Assembly: GCA_005191425.1 (NCBI GenBank)
Contig: SUPR01000024.1
Span: 1-32,000, forward strand
Length of the DNA stretch: 32,000 nt
Direction: 5' to 3'
From: Candidatus Helarchaeota ASGARD archaeon Hel_GB_B
GTDB taxonomy: Archaea > Asgardarchaeota > Lokiarchaeia > Helarchaeales > HEL-GB-B
Made by a program: the position numbers and the translations under genes. The notes beneath the pieces were generated by a model. That model ran no database searches and was not told where the DNA came from. It was given only the letters and a program-made list of their open reading frames with translations. Shown one piece after another: positions 1 to 10,323 of this stretch (position 1 is its first letter; every line of letters starts with the position of its first letter).

Positions 1-415
1 TTCTTCTATTATGTTCTTCAGGCATTCTAAAATCATATGACCTGAGTCCAGCTTCAATATGCCCAACCTTAATATGTAATTTAACTGCAGCAAGAGCTCC
101 AGCAAGTGCAGAATTTGTATCACCTTGTACCAATAAAATTTTAGGAATATTATCCAGAAGTATATGTTCAATCCCAATTATTGCTTTTCCGGTCTGCTCA
201 CCTTGTGTTCCTTTACCAATTTTTAGGTGATATTTGGGGTTCTTTAATTCTAAATCTTCAAAAAACTTTTTTGATAATTCGTAATCATAATGCTGGTCTG
301 TAAAAATTATGTCAAATTCTAAATTCTCTTTTTCAAGTTCCCTAATAATTGGAGCTAATTTTATAATTTCCGGTCGAGTACCCATTACAATAGTAATTTT
401 TTTCTTTTTTATCAA
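1..415 (-). CDS. wecB: UDP-N-acetylglucosamine 2-epimerase (non-hydrolysing WecB family), 5' part only; runs off the window
   Basis: Manual translation of the minus strand from TTG at 415 gives ...ITIVMGTRPEIIKLAPII...FTDQHYDYELSKKFFEDLEL...LVQGDTNSALAGALAAVKLHIKVGHIEAGLRSYDFRMPEEHNRR. This carries the GTRPE, GDT and HIEAGLRS..PEE.NR motifs. AGGA lies upstream. Confidence 0.95.
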   Translation of the reverse strand, partial: MIKKKKITIVMGTRPEIIKLAPIIRELEKENLEFDIIFTDQHYDYELSKKFFEDLELKNPKYHLKIGKGTQGEQTGKAIIGIEHILLDNIPKILLVQGDTNSALAGALAAVKLHIKVGHIEAGLRSYDFRMPEEHNRR

Positions 416-448
416 ATCGCTACTTCCTGTTTTGAATTTTATTTTTAA

Positions 449-2776
449 TTATTGGGTAATATTAACAAAAGGAATAAAATATATTTCTGAATATTGATTG
501 CAGTACATTTTAATATATGGAGTACTTGATGAATTAACCCATCCTTGTTCTAAATCAGGGGTAATATATAATTTTTTAATTTTAGATTTAAAAAATGTAT
601 AAAAATACCAATTATGGACAAAATAATTTGTCATAAAAACCGTATTAAATCCAATATATAATCTATTAGTATCGTTCCTTATTGAGTTAAAATAACTTGG
701 TTTTAGGTAATTTAAATCTTGGATATATACAAAACTATGATTTCTATCCCAAAATAGTCCTATATTTAGGTACATACCTCTAGTCCCTACAATATACAAT
801 GTATTTTCAGTCCAATTATTGTAAGTGCCGTACCACTGGGCACCATATACTTCAGATTTAAAATTAATCGTCCCTGAACCTATTGAAGTTGCTGTAAATG
901 AATAAAGATTTAATGGAGAAAGTATAATTATGGAGATAAAAAAGAACCCAAGTTTCCAGCGCCTCTTCTTTTTACCTTTAATTAGAGTAATTAGATAGAA
1001 ACTTGAATAAATAGTTAAAGGCTCAAAGCAAAAAATAATTGTCCGGGATGGTTGCTCATATGTTCCTTGAAGTGCAAAAAAAGCCGTTATCAACGATATA
1101 CCTAGAATCCACCCTAAAAGTATAATATATTCTAATTTATTTATCCTAAAACCCATGACAAATCCAATAATACCAAATGTTAATGAATATGCTATTGTAA
1201 TTAATAATGTAGCAAAAAATTCAAAAGGAATAAAGTTGACCATATCATGAGTTAAAGGAAAATAATACCAAAACCAAGGATTGAATAAAATTAAGACAAT
1301 TATACCAAATAATATGTATCCCAACCATCCTATTTCAAACTTTAATATTGGTTTTTCGTCTTTTATCATTTTTGATATATAATATGTGAAAATAAAGGTA
1401 ACAAAAATACCTATTAACCCCAATATTCCATATTTTATGAGGTCAAAAATTGAAGTTATCCCAAATTGGACGTCAGATATGTTAAAATTATAAGTCCATA
1501 AAATTGTAAAAATATAACACGGAATTAGAGTAATGAAAATTTTCAAATTGAAACCCTTCTTAAATGAGAGCAAAATAAAGCCGGTCATTATTATTATTGC
1601 GCCAACAATAATCGATACAATATGAGAAACACATAAAAATAAAAACAAAAACACAAAAATTGATACATTTTTTATTGAATAATCATTGTAAATTCTGATA
1701 AAACTAATTATTAAAATAGAAACTATAAAATCACCAATTAACTGAGGCCAAATTACAGATGTAGACGATAAAAACACAGGAGATGCAATAGTTAGAAACA
1801 GCCCCGTTATTAATGCATTTTTCCAACTTTTTGTTATCATTTTTGCCAATAACATTAAAGAAATAATAATACAACTACCAAAAAAGATTGGAATTAACCT
1901 AAATAAACTTAATAAACTCAGACCAGTAATATAATAACTTCCCATTAACGATAAATAAAAAATCGGATAATAGAATTTGTAGAGATACATATATGAAGTA
2001 TCAAAATAAGAGTGTTCTATTGCATCTCTTACAAATGCATAATGAACCCATTGATCACTTGCCCAACTAAAATAGGGGAGCATTATGTTAAAATATTGAG
2101 AATAATAATTTATATATATTCTATATAATATTCCAAGACAAAAAATAAGAAAAATGGGCAATAAGACGTATTTAAAAATATAACGTGTATTTTTATAAGA
2201 ATTATAATACCTTAAATTGAGCTCAAATGTCTTATATCTTTTTATCCATAAAATCGAGGTCGATATTATATTGAAAATTAATAACAGATGAAATGAATAT
2301 GTTTCATCAATATAATGAATAGATATATTTAAAATATAGAGACTTAAACCGGAAATACAAATACTTAATACCACTCCAATTACAGATTTTAACAGCTTAT
2401 TAATATCCGAATCTTTAGTATATATAATATTAATAATACAATATCCGGGAACAAAAAAGATAAATAAAAAACCAAAAAAATAACGAAAAAAAGCTAAATT
2501 AGGTATATAAAAACCAAATATCGTAAACAAGTTAATTATTAATAAAAACCACAAATCAAAATTTGAGTAATGTTTTAAAAAAATTAGGACGCTATTTTGA
2601 GTATTATCATTTCCCTTCTTTTCTATAATAATAGTTTTCTTAACTAAGTCTTTTATTATATTTAATGTTTCCTTATCGGATTTGTTATATTTACTTTCAA
2701 TAAATTCTTTTAAATCCTTAGCAGTGAAATTTTCGTTTTCTAAGATTATCTTTTGGATGTCATTAATTAAGTTCAA
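449..2776 (-). CDS. Large polytopic membrane protein: short soluble N-terminus, DUF1616-like TM block, GT-C-fold-like body and external C-terminal domain
   Basis: 775 aa, TTG start. FFGFLFIFFVPGY resembles the DUF1616 signature. A WASDQWVHY loop follows the first TMs of the second module, as in the acidic first external loop of GT-C enzymes. More than 12 hydrophobic segments; sequon-rich C-terminus. Confidence 0.6.
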   Translation of the reverse strand: MNLINDIQKIILENENFTAKDLKEFIESKYNKSDKETLNIIKDLVKKTIIIEKKGNDNTQNSVLIFLKHYSNFDLWFLLIINLFTIFGFYIPNLAFFRYFFGFLFIFFVPGYCIINIIYTKDSDINKLLKSVIGVVLSICISGLSLYILNISIHYIDETYSFHLLLIFNIISTSILWIKRYKTFELNLRYYNSYKNTRYIFKYVLLPIFLIFCLGILYRIYINYYSQYFNIMLPYFSWASDQWVHYAFVRDAIEHSYFDTSYMYLYKFYYPIFYLSLMGSYYITGLSLLSLFRLIPIFFGSCIIISLMLLAKMITKSWKNALITGLFLTIASPVFLSSTSVIWPQLIGDFIVSILIISFIRIYNDYSIKNVSIFVFLFLFLCVSHIVSIIVGAIIIMTGFILLSFKKGFNLKIFITLIPCYIFTILWTYNFNISDVQFGITSIFDLIKYGILGLIGIFVTFIFTYYISKMIKDEKPILKFEIGWLGYILFGIIVLILFNPWFWYYFPLTHDMVNFIPFEFFATLLITIAYSLTFGIIGFVMGFRINKLEYIILLGWILGISLITAFFALQGTYEQPSRTIIFCFEPLTIYSSFYLITLIKGKKKRRWKLGFFFISIIILSPLNLYSFTATSIGSGTINFKSEVYGAQWYGTYNNWTENTLYIVGTRGMYLNIGLFWDRNHSFVYIQDLNYLKPSYFNSIRNDTNRLYIGFNTVFMTNYFVHNWYFYTFFKSKIKKLYITPDLEQGWVNSSSTPYIKMYCNQYSEIYFIPFVNITQ

Positions 2777-3085
2777 TTGGCTTTACCTTTTTCATTTGTT
2801 TATAATTTTATTTAATGTTAATGAGGAAATAAACCAATTTAATTAATAAAGTTTCCCTTATTAAAATTGAGAGATCCCAACTGGGATTAAATTAAAAAAC
2901 AAAGTGGTTTATTTTTAAAAAATGACATATATATTTTTATAATTCAAATTTGTTATAAAGTCAAAATAATTGGTTAGAAAAAATAGGACTATTTTTATTA
3001 AAAATTATTCAATAATTTATTTAATATTTTATTTTAAGTTTAGAATTTTAATATATAATAAAAATATTTAGAATTTAGGGGTGAT

Positions 3086-4291
3086 TTAAGTTTCTCGGAT
3101 CTTCTTACTCGAAAACATATCCGCAAGTAATCCTGTACACAAAATTTGGATTCCAGTAAGAATTAATAGTGATGTCAAAGTAATTTGGCCGAATGATAAA
3201 TGGCATCTCAGTATGAATGATTCATATACATTATATACCCCCAATAAAATCCCTACTAATAAAATTATTACGCCAATCAAACCAAATAAAGCAATGGGAT
3301 GATAATCTCTAAATGTTTTAAAGAGTATTAATGAAGTTCTAATGCCATATTCAGCAGAGTCGCTCATTAATCTGGATTTTCCTTTATTTCGTTTCTTAAA
3401 TGTAATAGGTACTTCTCTAACTCTGAATCCCTCTTCTACTGCGCGAATTATCATTTCTTGAGTGTATGTATATGAGGAACTTAAATGCAAAACTTCTAAT
3501 AATTCAGCTTTTATTACTCTAAATCCGGTATTAGGGTCTTTTAAAGGGAGCCCCGTAACATTTCTGACCATCCATGAAAAAATTTTGTTACCAAGCCTTT
3601 TAATACCGGACATTTTCTCTATTTTTCCCAGAAATCGCGAACCCAATACCAAATCTGCTGCATTTTTTCTTATTAAATCCAATAATGAATCAATTTCTTC
3701 GGCTAAATATTGACCGTCCGCATCAATTGTAATAATTATATCAGCATTTTGCTTTAAAGCTTCTCTCAGTCCGGCTCGCATTGCTCTTCCCAGCCCTTTA
3801 TTCCTGTAGAAAGAAACGACCGTAGCACCTAAATCATATGCAATTTTTTCAGTTCTATCAGTAGACCCATCATTAACTACAATAATTTCATTGGTATAAC
3901 TTTTACATTTCTTAATTACACTTCCAATTGTTTCCTCTTCATTGTAAGCAGGTATTACAATAATTATTTTTTTCTTTGATAGGTCAATTGGATTTTCCTT
4001 TTTTAGAATTATAGGTTTATATTTCTTTTTTCTAAATACCTTTTTTAAAAAATGTATTGTAAAAAGAACCAGTCCACCTAAAAAACACCACCAAGCGAAT
4101 GCTCCGATATAACTAATTATGCCGAATAAGGGATATAGATCTAAAGGCCAAAATATAAATGAATATAAAAAATTAGGGACTGTAATTATAAAACCATAAA
4201 TAAAAGAGATAATAGCAAAAACAATGGGAATGCAAATGAGTAAAAAAGCTAATGCCCATAAACTCCAAGCAATTGACCTAATTTTGACCAT
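3086..4291 (-). CDS. GT2 glycosyltransferase, DPM1/GtrB-like polyprenyl-phosphate sugar synthase, with an extra N-terminal membrane segment
   Basis: VIPAYNEE, VVNDGSTD, N.GLG.A, DADGQY, GSRF and FRVREVPI motifs. Two C-terminal TMs ending G.QI..TGLLAD, plus about 85 hydrophobic N-terminal residues. Confidence 0.9.
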   Translation of the reverse strand: MVKIRSIAWSLWALAFLLICIPIVFAIISFIYGFIITVPNFLYSFIFWPLDLYPLFGIISYIGAFAWWCFLGGLVLFTIHFLKKVFRKKKYKPIILKKENPIDLSKKKIIIVIPAYNEEETIGSVIKKCKSYTNEIIVVNDGSTDRTEKIAYDLGATVVSFYRNKGLGRAMRAGLREALKQNADIIITIDADGQYLAEEIDSLLDLIRKNAADLVLGSRFLGKIEKMSGIKRLGNKIFSWMVRNVTGLPLKDPNTGFRVIKAELLEVLHLSSSYTYTQEMIIRAVEEGFRVREVPITFKKRNKGKSRLMSDSAEYGIRTSLILFKTFRDYHPIALFGLIGVIILLVGILLGVYNVYESFILRCHLSFGQITLTSLLILTGIQILCTGLLADMFSSKKIRET

Positions 4292-4330
4292 TATTAATCA
4301 TTCCTATTAACTTTTAGATTTTTTAATGAT

Positions 4331-5542
4331 TTAACTTGTCAATTTTTTATAGATTTTTAAATATTCTTTATAAATGGTATTGATATTTCTATTTTGTAAT
4401 AAATATTGTCTTGCATTTTTTATAATTTTTCCCCTTAAATCATCATTTTTCAATAGTAATAGTATTTTATTGACTAATTGAGTTGTATTTGAAGGCTCAA
4501 TTAAGAGACCAGTTTCTTTGTCCTTAATAATTTCATTTATACCACCAATATTTGAAGCAATAACTGGACATTTCATCTTAAATGCTTCTAGAATTACATT
4601 TGGTAGTCCTTCTTCAATAGAATATATTCCTTTTATTGAAGGTAAAATTAGGACTTCTGCATTTTTAAGGTAATGATAGACATCATTATGAGGAACCGAA
4701 CCTTTAAATATAATATGTTTCTCTAATCCATCTATTTCTATTTTTTCTTTCAATTTTTTAAAGTATTTTTCATTAATTTCTGTAGAACCTATTAATATTA
4801 ATTTCAAAGTTTTATAATTACTTAATACTCTCTTAAATGCATCAATTAATGTATTTAATCCTTTATAATAGACAATTCTCCCGACATATAAAAGATATCT
4901 ATTTTCTCTAATTTTTTCTTTATTTTGAATACCATCGCTTTTATAATAATTTAAAGAAACTCCTGAGGGAATAACGCGAACTTTTTTGTGATTTTGAATA
5001 TATCCTTTACTTAAAATATACTTTTTAATAAATTGACAATTAGATATGATTATATCTGAATTTTTTAATGACATCATTTCAAATTTTTCTAATAAAATGT
5101 GAAAAATTTCTTTAAATATTTGATTTCGGAATATCAAGTTCATTTTTTCTATTTTATTTTCATAATATTCATTATATTTAGCGCCTATTCTAATTACTAA
5201 GGGTATTTCAAATATTTTTTTAATAAGAGTACCAATTAAACCACCTAAATGGGGGTCAAAAATTTGAATTAAATCAATTCTTTTTTTTCGGAATACTTTT
5301 AGAAACGCAAAAAAAAGTGAAACATACCGTATTAATAATAAATAATTATAAGACTTTTTTCCTACTAGATGAATATCCAAATATTTTAAATATTCCAGTC
5401 CATCTTTAGAAACTTTTTTGCTTCTATCAGAAATAATTATGACTGAATGATTATTTTTTTTTAGAAATTTTGCTAATTCAAGCGCTTGTATTACTTGTCC
5501 GCCACCTTTTTCTAATTGGGGTAATAAGAATAAAATTCGCAT
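4331..5542 (-). CDS. GT4 family glycosyltransferase
   Basis: N-terminal GGGQ, YVGRIVYYKG, and LILPS...EGLPNVILEA (E-X7-E) followed by PVIASNIGGINEII. Confidence 0.92.
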   Translation of the reverse strand: MRILFLLPQLEKGGGQVIQALELAKFLKKNNHSVIIISDRSKKVSKDGLEYLKYLDIHLVGKKSYNYLLLIRYVSLFFAFLKVFRKKRIDLIQIFDPHLGGLIGTLIKKIFEIPLVIRIGAKYNEYYENKIEKMNLIFRNQIFKEIFHILLEKFEMMSLKNSDIIISNCQFIKKYILSKGYIQNHKKVRVIPSGVSLNYYKSDGIQNKEKIRENRYLLYVGRIVYYKGLNTLIDAFKRVLSNYKTLKLILIGSTEINEKYFKKLKEKIEIDGLEKHIIFKGSVPHNDVYHYLKNAEVLILPSIKGIYSIEEGLPNVILEAFKMKCPVIASNIGGINEIIKDKETGLLIEPSNTTQLVNKILLLLKNDDLRGKIIKNARQYLLQNRNINTIYKEYLKIYKKLTS

Positions 5543-5556
5543 TAAATTTACCTAAT

Positions 5557-6804
5557 TTAACTTTTTTGTTCAATTTTTTTAATTAAGTAAAGAATCCTTT
5601 TTGTTAAATTGAGTCGTTCATATTTTTTAATTTCATTATCAGGATATTCAACTAATTTTTTACTTTTAATAAAATAATTGATCTTTTTTATTAAGAAATC
5701 TTTTATTTCCTTTATTTTTTTAGGGTCAATAACCACACCAACTTTATTTTGTGTAATAAGCTTTGCACATATCCCATTGATAGGTACCAAACCTAGTATT
5801 GGTTTTTTAGCACGCATATATTCATAAATCTTACTTGGAATAATTATTTCTGTTTCTTTTTTTGGATATAATAGGACTAAATTTAGGTCAGAACTTATCA
5901 TTAATTCGATTGTAGATTTTTTCGATATGAAACCAAGCAGCTGTACATTATTTAAATTCATTTCTTTTACTAATTTTTCTACATATTTTGGATATTTTCC
6001 ACAAAAAATTATTTGAAATTTGTCGCTTAAATCTTTTCTTTCATCTAATAGTAGTTTTATCGCTTGAAAAAAATGTATTGGATTTACATAATTACCTGGA
6101 TAAAGAGTACCAGCATGAAGTATAGTAAAGCGTTTAAACTGAATAGGTGAAATATTTCTAAATGCTGAATCATCATAACCAAAAGGAATAAAAAAAATCT
6201 TAGAACTGTCAATTTTTATATTGTTTAGAATATCAATATATTTTTCAGAGGCTATAAAAATCAGGTCAGTCTCATTTAAAATTTTTCGCTCTAAGTGTTT
6301 AGCAATAAAATAATAATACCGTTTTTTTAAATTTAAATATGGATTCTGAGTCCATAAATCAGCAAGATATATCATTAATTTAATATTAGTTAGTTTTTTA
6401 AGCATATAGCCTAATATTAAATTGCTTGCAGGAGGTACCATGACAAATAAATGTGTAATCTTATTTTTTTTAATAATATGAGTTCCCATTATAAGTGAAT
6501 ACAATATCCAACTAACATATTGATCTGGAAACAGTAAGTGCCGAAATATAACTCTAAAAATTTTGTAGCGTCGTAAAAATTTTATGATGAAAAATTCTCT
6601 TATCCTAAAAATCATTTTGTTATGCAATTTATTGTCTCTTATATAATTTTCATAAAAATCAAGTTTACTCGTTATTACATAAGATTTTATCCGTAATTTA
6701 TCAAAATTTTTAAATAATGATGAACAAAAGTCGGCATCTCGACCATTTAAAGGAGGAAACCTATACGACAATATACCAATTTTCTTTTCAACTATTATTA
6801 TCAC
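5557..6804 (-). CDS. GT4 family glycosyltransferase (PSK.YEY subtype)
   Basis: SYRFPP N-terminus, DLW..NPY, IPFGYD, HAGTLY, IPSKIYEYMRAKKPIL. Start uncertain (GTG). Confidence 0.88.
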   Translation of the reverse strand: MIIIVEKKIGILSYRFPPLNGRDADFCSSLFKNFDKLRIKSYVITSKLDFYENYIRDNKLHNKMIFRIREFFIIKFLRRYKIFRVIFRHLLFPDQYVSWILYSLIMGTHIIKKNKITHLFVMVPPASNLILGYMLKKLTNIKLMIYLADLWTQNPYLNLKKRYYYFIAKHLERKILNETDLIFIASEKYIDILNNIKIDSSKIFFIPFGYDDSAFRNISPIQFKRFTILHAGTLYPGNYVNPIHFFQAIKLLLDERKDLSDKFQIIFCGKYPKYVEKLVKEMNLNNVQLLGFISKKSTIELMISSDLNLVLLYPKKETEIIIPSKIYEYMRAKKPILGLVPINGICAKLITQNKVGVVIDPKKIKEIKDFLIKKINYFIKSKKLVEYPDNEIKKYERLNLTKRILYLIKKIEQKS

Positions 6805-7993
6805 CAGTTCTTATTTTTTTGTATACCTCCAGTAATTTTACTGCTTGTTTTTCCCAATTATATTTGATTTGAGCATTTTTCGATATTTCGTCTCTGTTCC
6901 AATTCATTTTTAGTCCCTCAACGATTTTTAAAAACATATCCTCAAGGTTATTGATTTTAAATAATAGACCATTTTTATATTCTTTAATATGATATCTGAA
7001 AATTGGAATATTAGGACAAATACATGGTGTTCCACATGAAAGCGCCTCGATAGTAGTCATTGACCAGCTCTCATCAATTGATGGATTGATATAGAGATCT
7101 GCCAAATTGTAATAATAAATTAAATTTAGACGGGATATCCAACCAAAAATATGAATATTTTTAGTTAATTGTTTGAGTTCTCTTTTTAATTTTAATCTTA
7201 ATTTTTTATTTTTTATCCCAATTATAATGATATTAACTATAATACCTCTATCAATTAATAGTTTGCAAATTTTTATGAATTTGTAGAATCCTTTCTCTTC
7301 TATTGGTAATCCTACGTATAAAATTGTCTTACTCATATTATTAAATAATTTATAAGTAGAATTATTTAATTTTAATATGTGAAATCTTCTTGGATTAATC
7401 CCAATTCCTATTATTTCCATTTTTTTATCTGAGATCCTAAATTTTTTATTAAGAATATATTGATGATAATTACTAAAGCACAGAAATTTATTACATGGTA
7501 ATCGAGATATGATAAGATCTCTTATAAAAAATTTAATGTTTGAAAGTTTGGATATATTCTTAAAGATTAAATTTTTAGATGGAATGGCGTTTGGACCAAT
7601 TATACACGGTAAATTTAATAATTTACATGTTAATGCCCCAAAAAAGCTCGTGATGAAGCCAGAAAATAAATGTACTACTGTTTTTTCTTGTTTCAATTGT
7701 ATTAATTTTTTAACTAAATAAATAGGAGATCCTTTAATCAAGAAAATAATAAACTTTTGAAGTCTACTAAATCTATTTTTATTTGAATCATTATAATATT
7801 CTTTTTCAAATATAAAATAATTTGGAACTTGCTTTTTTTTAGCTCCTTTTATAATAAGTTTAAGAGTAATTATGATAATTTCCAATTCTCTCTTATCTAT
7901 ATACTCAATTATCTCCATAAAAGGATAATTTTTTGTAAATTTGTCCTTTACTATAAAATCATTTATCCAAATAATATTCATCAATAAAATCAA
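6788..7993 (-). CDS. GT4 family glycosyltransferase
   Basis: IGIGIN, YVG....KG, and ADLYINPSIDESWSMTTIEALSCGTP (E-X7-E). Overlaps the downstream gene by 17 nt. Confidence 0.88.
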   Translation of the reverse strand: MILLMNIIWINDFIVKDKFTKNYPFMEIIEYIDKRELEIIIITLKLIIKGAKKKQVPNYFIFEKEYYNDSNKNRFSRLQKFIIFLIKGSPIYLVKKLIQLKQEKTVVHLFSGFITSFFGALTCKLLNLPCIIGPNAIPSKNLIFKNISKLSNIKFFIRDLIISRLPCNKFLCFSNYHQYILNKKFRISDKKMEIIGIGINPRRFHILKLNNSTYKLFNNMSKTILYVGLPIEEKGFYKFIKICKLLIDRGIIVNIIIIGIKNKKLRLKLKRELKQLTKNIHIFGWISRLNLIYYYNLADLYINPSIDESWSMTTIEALSCGTPCICPNIPIFRYHIKEYKNGLLFKINNLEDMFLKIVEGLKMNWNRDEISKNAQIKYNWEKQAVKLLEVYKKIRTGDNNS

Positions 7994-8139
7994 ATTCTGT
8001 AAATATTAATAAATTTTTTAATCTAAAATTATTCTCAATATCTACAAAAATAATCTATTTTAAAAAAAATTGATTGAATCAAAAGAATTAACAGTCTTAA
8101 AAAAAATTATTTTATTATTATAGATTTTGGCAGCTTGAA

Positions 8140-10290
8140 ATGATTAATAACAAGAAATCCATTGTACATTATTCAAACTATTCATTCAATATGCTTTTTA
8201 TGTTAATTTCCTATTCTATTGCTTATTTATCAAATTTTTTTCTCGATATTTTTACTTCTTGGATTGGAGGGCCAACATTACTTGGAACAGTTAATTTGAC
8301 AAGAAAATGGGCATTAATTATCGCTACAATTTTAGAACTTGGAATCGTAAGCACAATTCCAAAATTTATAGCAGAAAATAGAAAAGGAAATTTTATTAAA
8401 ATTTCAGTTATAATTTTAATATTAGATACATTCACTTGTTTAACATCTGGGATTCTTTTATACTTTTTATATCCATTTAATAATTTTTTAATAATAGAAT
8501 TTGGGCTGATATCTGCGTCTTCAATAATATTTCATGGACTTTTTTATTCAATATCCAGGGGAAGAGAAAGAATTAAACAAATGTTTTACCTACAATTTTC
8601 ACTAGCTACCATCCGTTTAATTAGTTTTATTGTATTAATCATAGTTGGATTTGATTTATTTTTAGTAATTCTTTTAAGTTTTGCTATAATTCCAATTATT
8701 GCAATCCTATTAATCATTCCATTTATGAATTTCAAACAACTGCTCTCAAAAAATCCTAAAATTATGAACAATAATAAATTGTCATTTACAAGTTATTTTA
8801 AATTCACAATGCCGGTTTATGGTTCTACGATTATTGCAATTGTTGCCTCTCAGATGGACATAATATTCATTGGTTTCTTTTTTACGCCTAATGAATTTGG
8901 ACTTTATTTAGTCGCCGTTTCTATTACAGGTGTTTTAAGCGTCATCAATAACGCAGTCAATATACTTCTTTTACCAAAAATTTCCAAAATTTCTAATGAT
9001 AAATCAAAAGTTATTTCCTTAATGAACCAATCTTTAAAATTCTTTTTCTTAATTTATATTCCTATTTCACTTATTATATTATTTTATCCAGATATTATCA
9101 TCCATTTTTTATATGGCCCAGGATATTCAGCAGCGACCTTTATCAGTATGAGAATTTTAATTATTTCATCTATTTTTACCCAAATTAGTTCCATTTTTAT
9201 TGAATTTTTTATCGCATTAAATAGACCTACCTATAAATTATATGGACTTATTTTATTATTAATTTCTAAATTTTCTTTTTTATCAATTTTTATTCCAATA
9301 AATGGTATCTATGGTATAAGCCTTGCTGTTATTTTATCAGAATTAATTCAATTTACTTTTCTTTTTATCTTATTCAAAAAATTATTAAAACAGAAATATT
9401 CTAATAATAAAATTTATTTTAAACGTTTGGACTTCCGGTTCTGGATTTTATCAATAACCATTCCTTCAATAATTTTTGGATCGGGACTTTTTATTCCAAA
9501 TTATTTTTTTAAATTGCTAATCATTGGAGGGGGATTACTGATAATTTTTATACTCTATTTATTTACAGGAAAACTATTTTTCTTATCTAATTTATTTAGG
9601 AATGGAATTCAAAAGTATTCTACTCAGAGAACTCAAATAATTTCTTCCCGTATTCATTATATCCTATCTAAATTACTACATAAAATACCAGTTATATTAG
9701 ATGATGGATGTGGAAGGGGTAATATTACCTTAGAACTTGCTAAATATTATTATATTGTAGCAATCGAGCCCATGGCCAAAAATTTTAAAAATAATTTAAA
9801 ATTAAAAAGGAAAAATCTAATGTCTAATTTCATTGTTAGTTCCGGAGAAAATCTACCATTTAAAAATAATACCTTCGATTTCATACTTTCTCAAATGGTC
9901 CTGGAGCATTGTGATTCTTCCGAAAAATATATAAAAGAAACATCTAGAATACTTAAAAATCAAGGCTTTCTATATATCTCAATTCCAAATCGTTTATTCC
10001 CTATCGAGCCACATACTAAATTACCTTTTATCTCATATTTACCAGTAAAGTTTCAACCATATCTTAGAAAATTAGTTAATTTCCAATTTACTTTTCCCCG
10101 AATTATTAATTTACTTAATTTATTCTATAATAAAGTTTATGATATTAATTTATTTATTCTAAAAAATAAATTTTATTACTCAAATTATTTCCTTTTATTT
10201 TATATTTCTCACAATTTCAAATATATTAAATTTTTTTACCCTTTAATTAAATTTATTATTCCTTCTTGGGCATTTTTAATCAAAAAGTAG
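8140..10290 (+). CDS. Fusion: MOP/Wzx-type oligosaccharide flippase (about aa 1-485) plus class I SAM-dependent methyltransferase (about aa 487-716)
   Basis: About 14 hydrophobic segments with DIIFIGFF..NEFGLYLVA and LLPKISK motifs typical of Wzx/Polysacc_synt. In the same frame follow VILDDGCGRG (motif I), GENLPFKNNTFDFI, VLEH and RILK..GFLYISIPN. Confidence 0.85.
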   Translation: MINNKKSIVHYSNYSFNMLFMLISYSIAYLSNFFLDIFTSWIGGPTLLGTVNLTRKWALIIATILELGIVSTIPKFIAENRKGNFIKISVIILILDTFTCLTSGILLYFLYPFNNFLIIEFGLISASSIIFHGLFYSISRGRERIKQMFYLQFSLATIRLISFIVLIIVGFDLFLVILLSFAIIPIIAILLIIPFMNFKQLLSKNPKIMNNNKLSFTSYFKFTMPVYGSTIIAIVASQMDIIFIGFFFTPNEFGLYLVAVSITGVLSVINNAVNILLLPKISKISNDKSKVISLMNQSLKFFFLIYIPISLIILFYPDIIIHFLYGPGYSAATFISMRILIISSIFTQISSIFIEFFIALNRPTYKLYGLILLLISKFSFLSIFIPINGIYGISLAVILSELIQFTFLFILFKKLLKQKYSNNKIYFKRLDFRFWILSITIPSIIFGSGLFIPNYFFKLLIIGGGLLIIFILYLFTGKLFFLSNLFRNGIQKYSTQRTQIISSRIHYILSKLLHKIPVILDDGCGRGNITLELAKYYYIVAIEPMAKNFKNNLKLKRKNLMSNFIVSSGENLPFKNNTFDFILSQMVLEHCDSSEKYIKETSRILKNQGFLYISIPNRLFPIEPHTKLPFISYLPVKFQPYLRKLVNFQFTFPRIINLLNLFYNKVYDINLFILKNKFYYSNYFLLFYISHNFKYIKFFYPLIKFIIPSWAFLIKK

Positions 10291-10323
10291 TAATAAAAGC
10301 TATGAAGCAACCTTCAATTCGTA

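Noticed and set aside
280-310. WecB motif reads TDQH rather than the common TGQH
   Set aside because: This position varies in the family (TAQH in E. coli, from memory) and the other motifs are intact; no functional claim can be supported
416-451. The DUF1616/GT-C gene and wecB are in the same frame, separated by a TAA and 33 nt (possible read-through fusion)
   Set aside because: wecB has its own SD-like AGGA and TTG start; a one-in-three frame coincidence is unremarkable
2874-2887. ATCCCA-AC-TGGGAT small palindrome upstream of the DUF1616 gene
   Set aside because: Only 6-bp arms, and no second copy was noticed; too weak to call an operator
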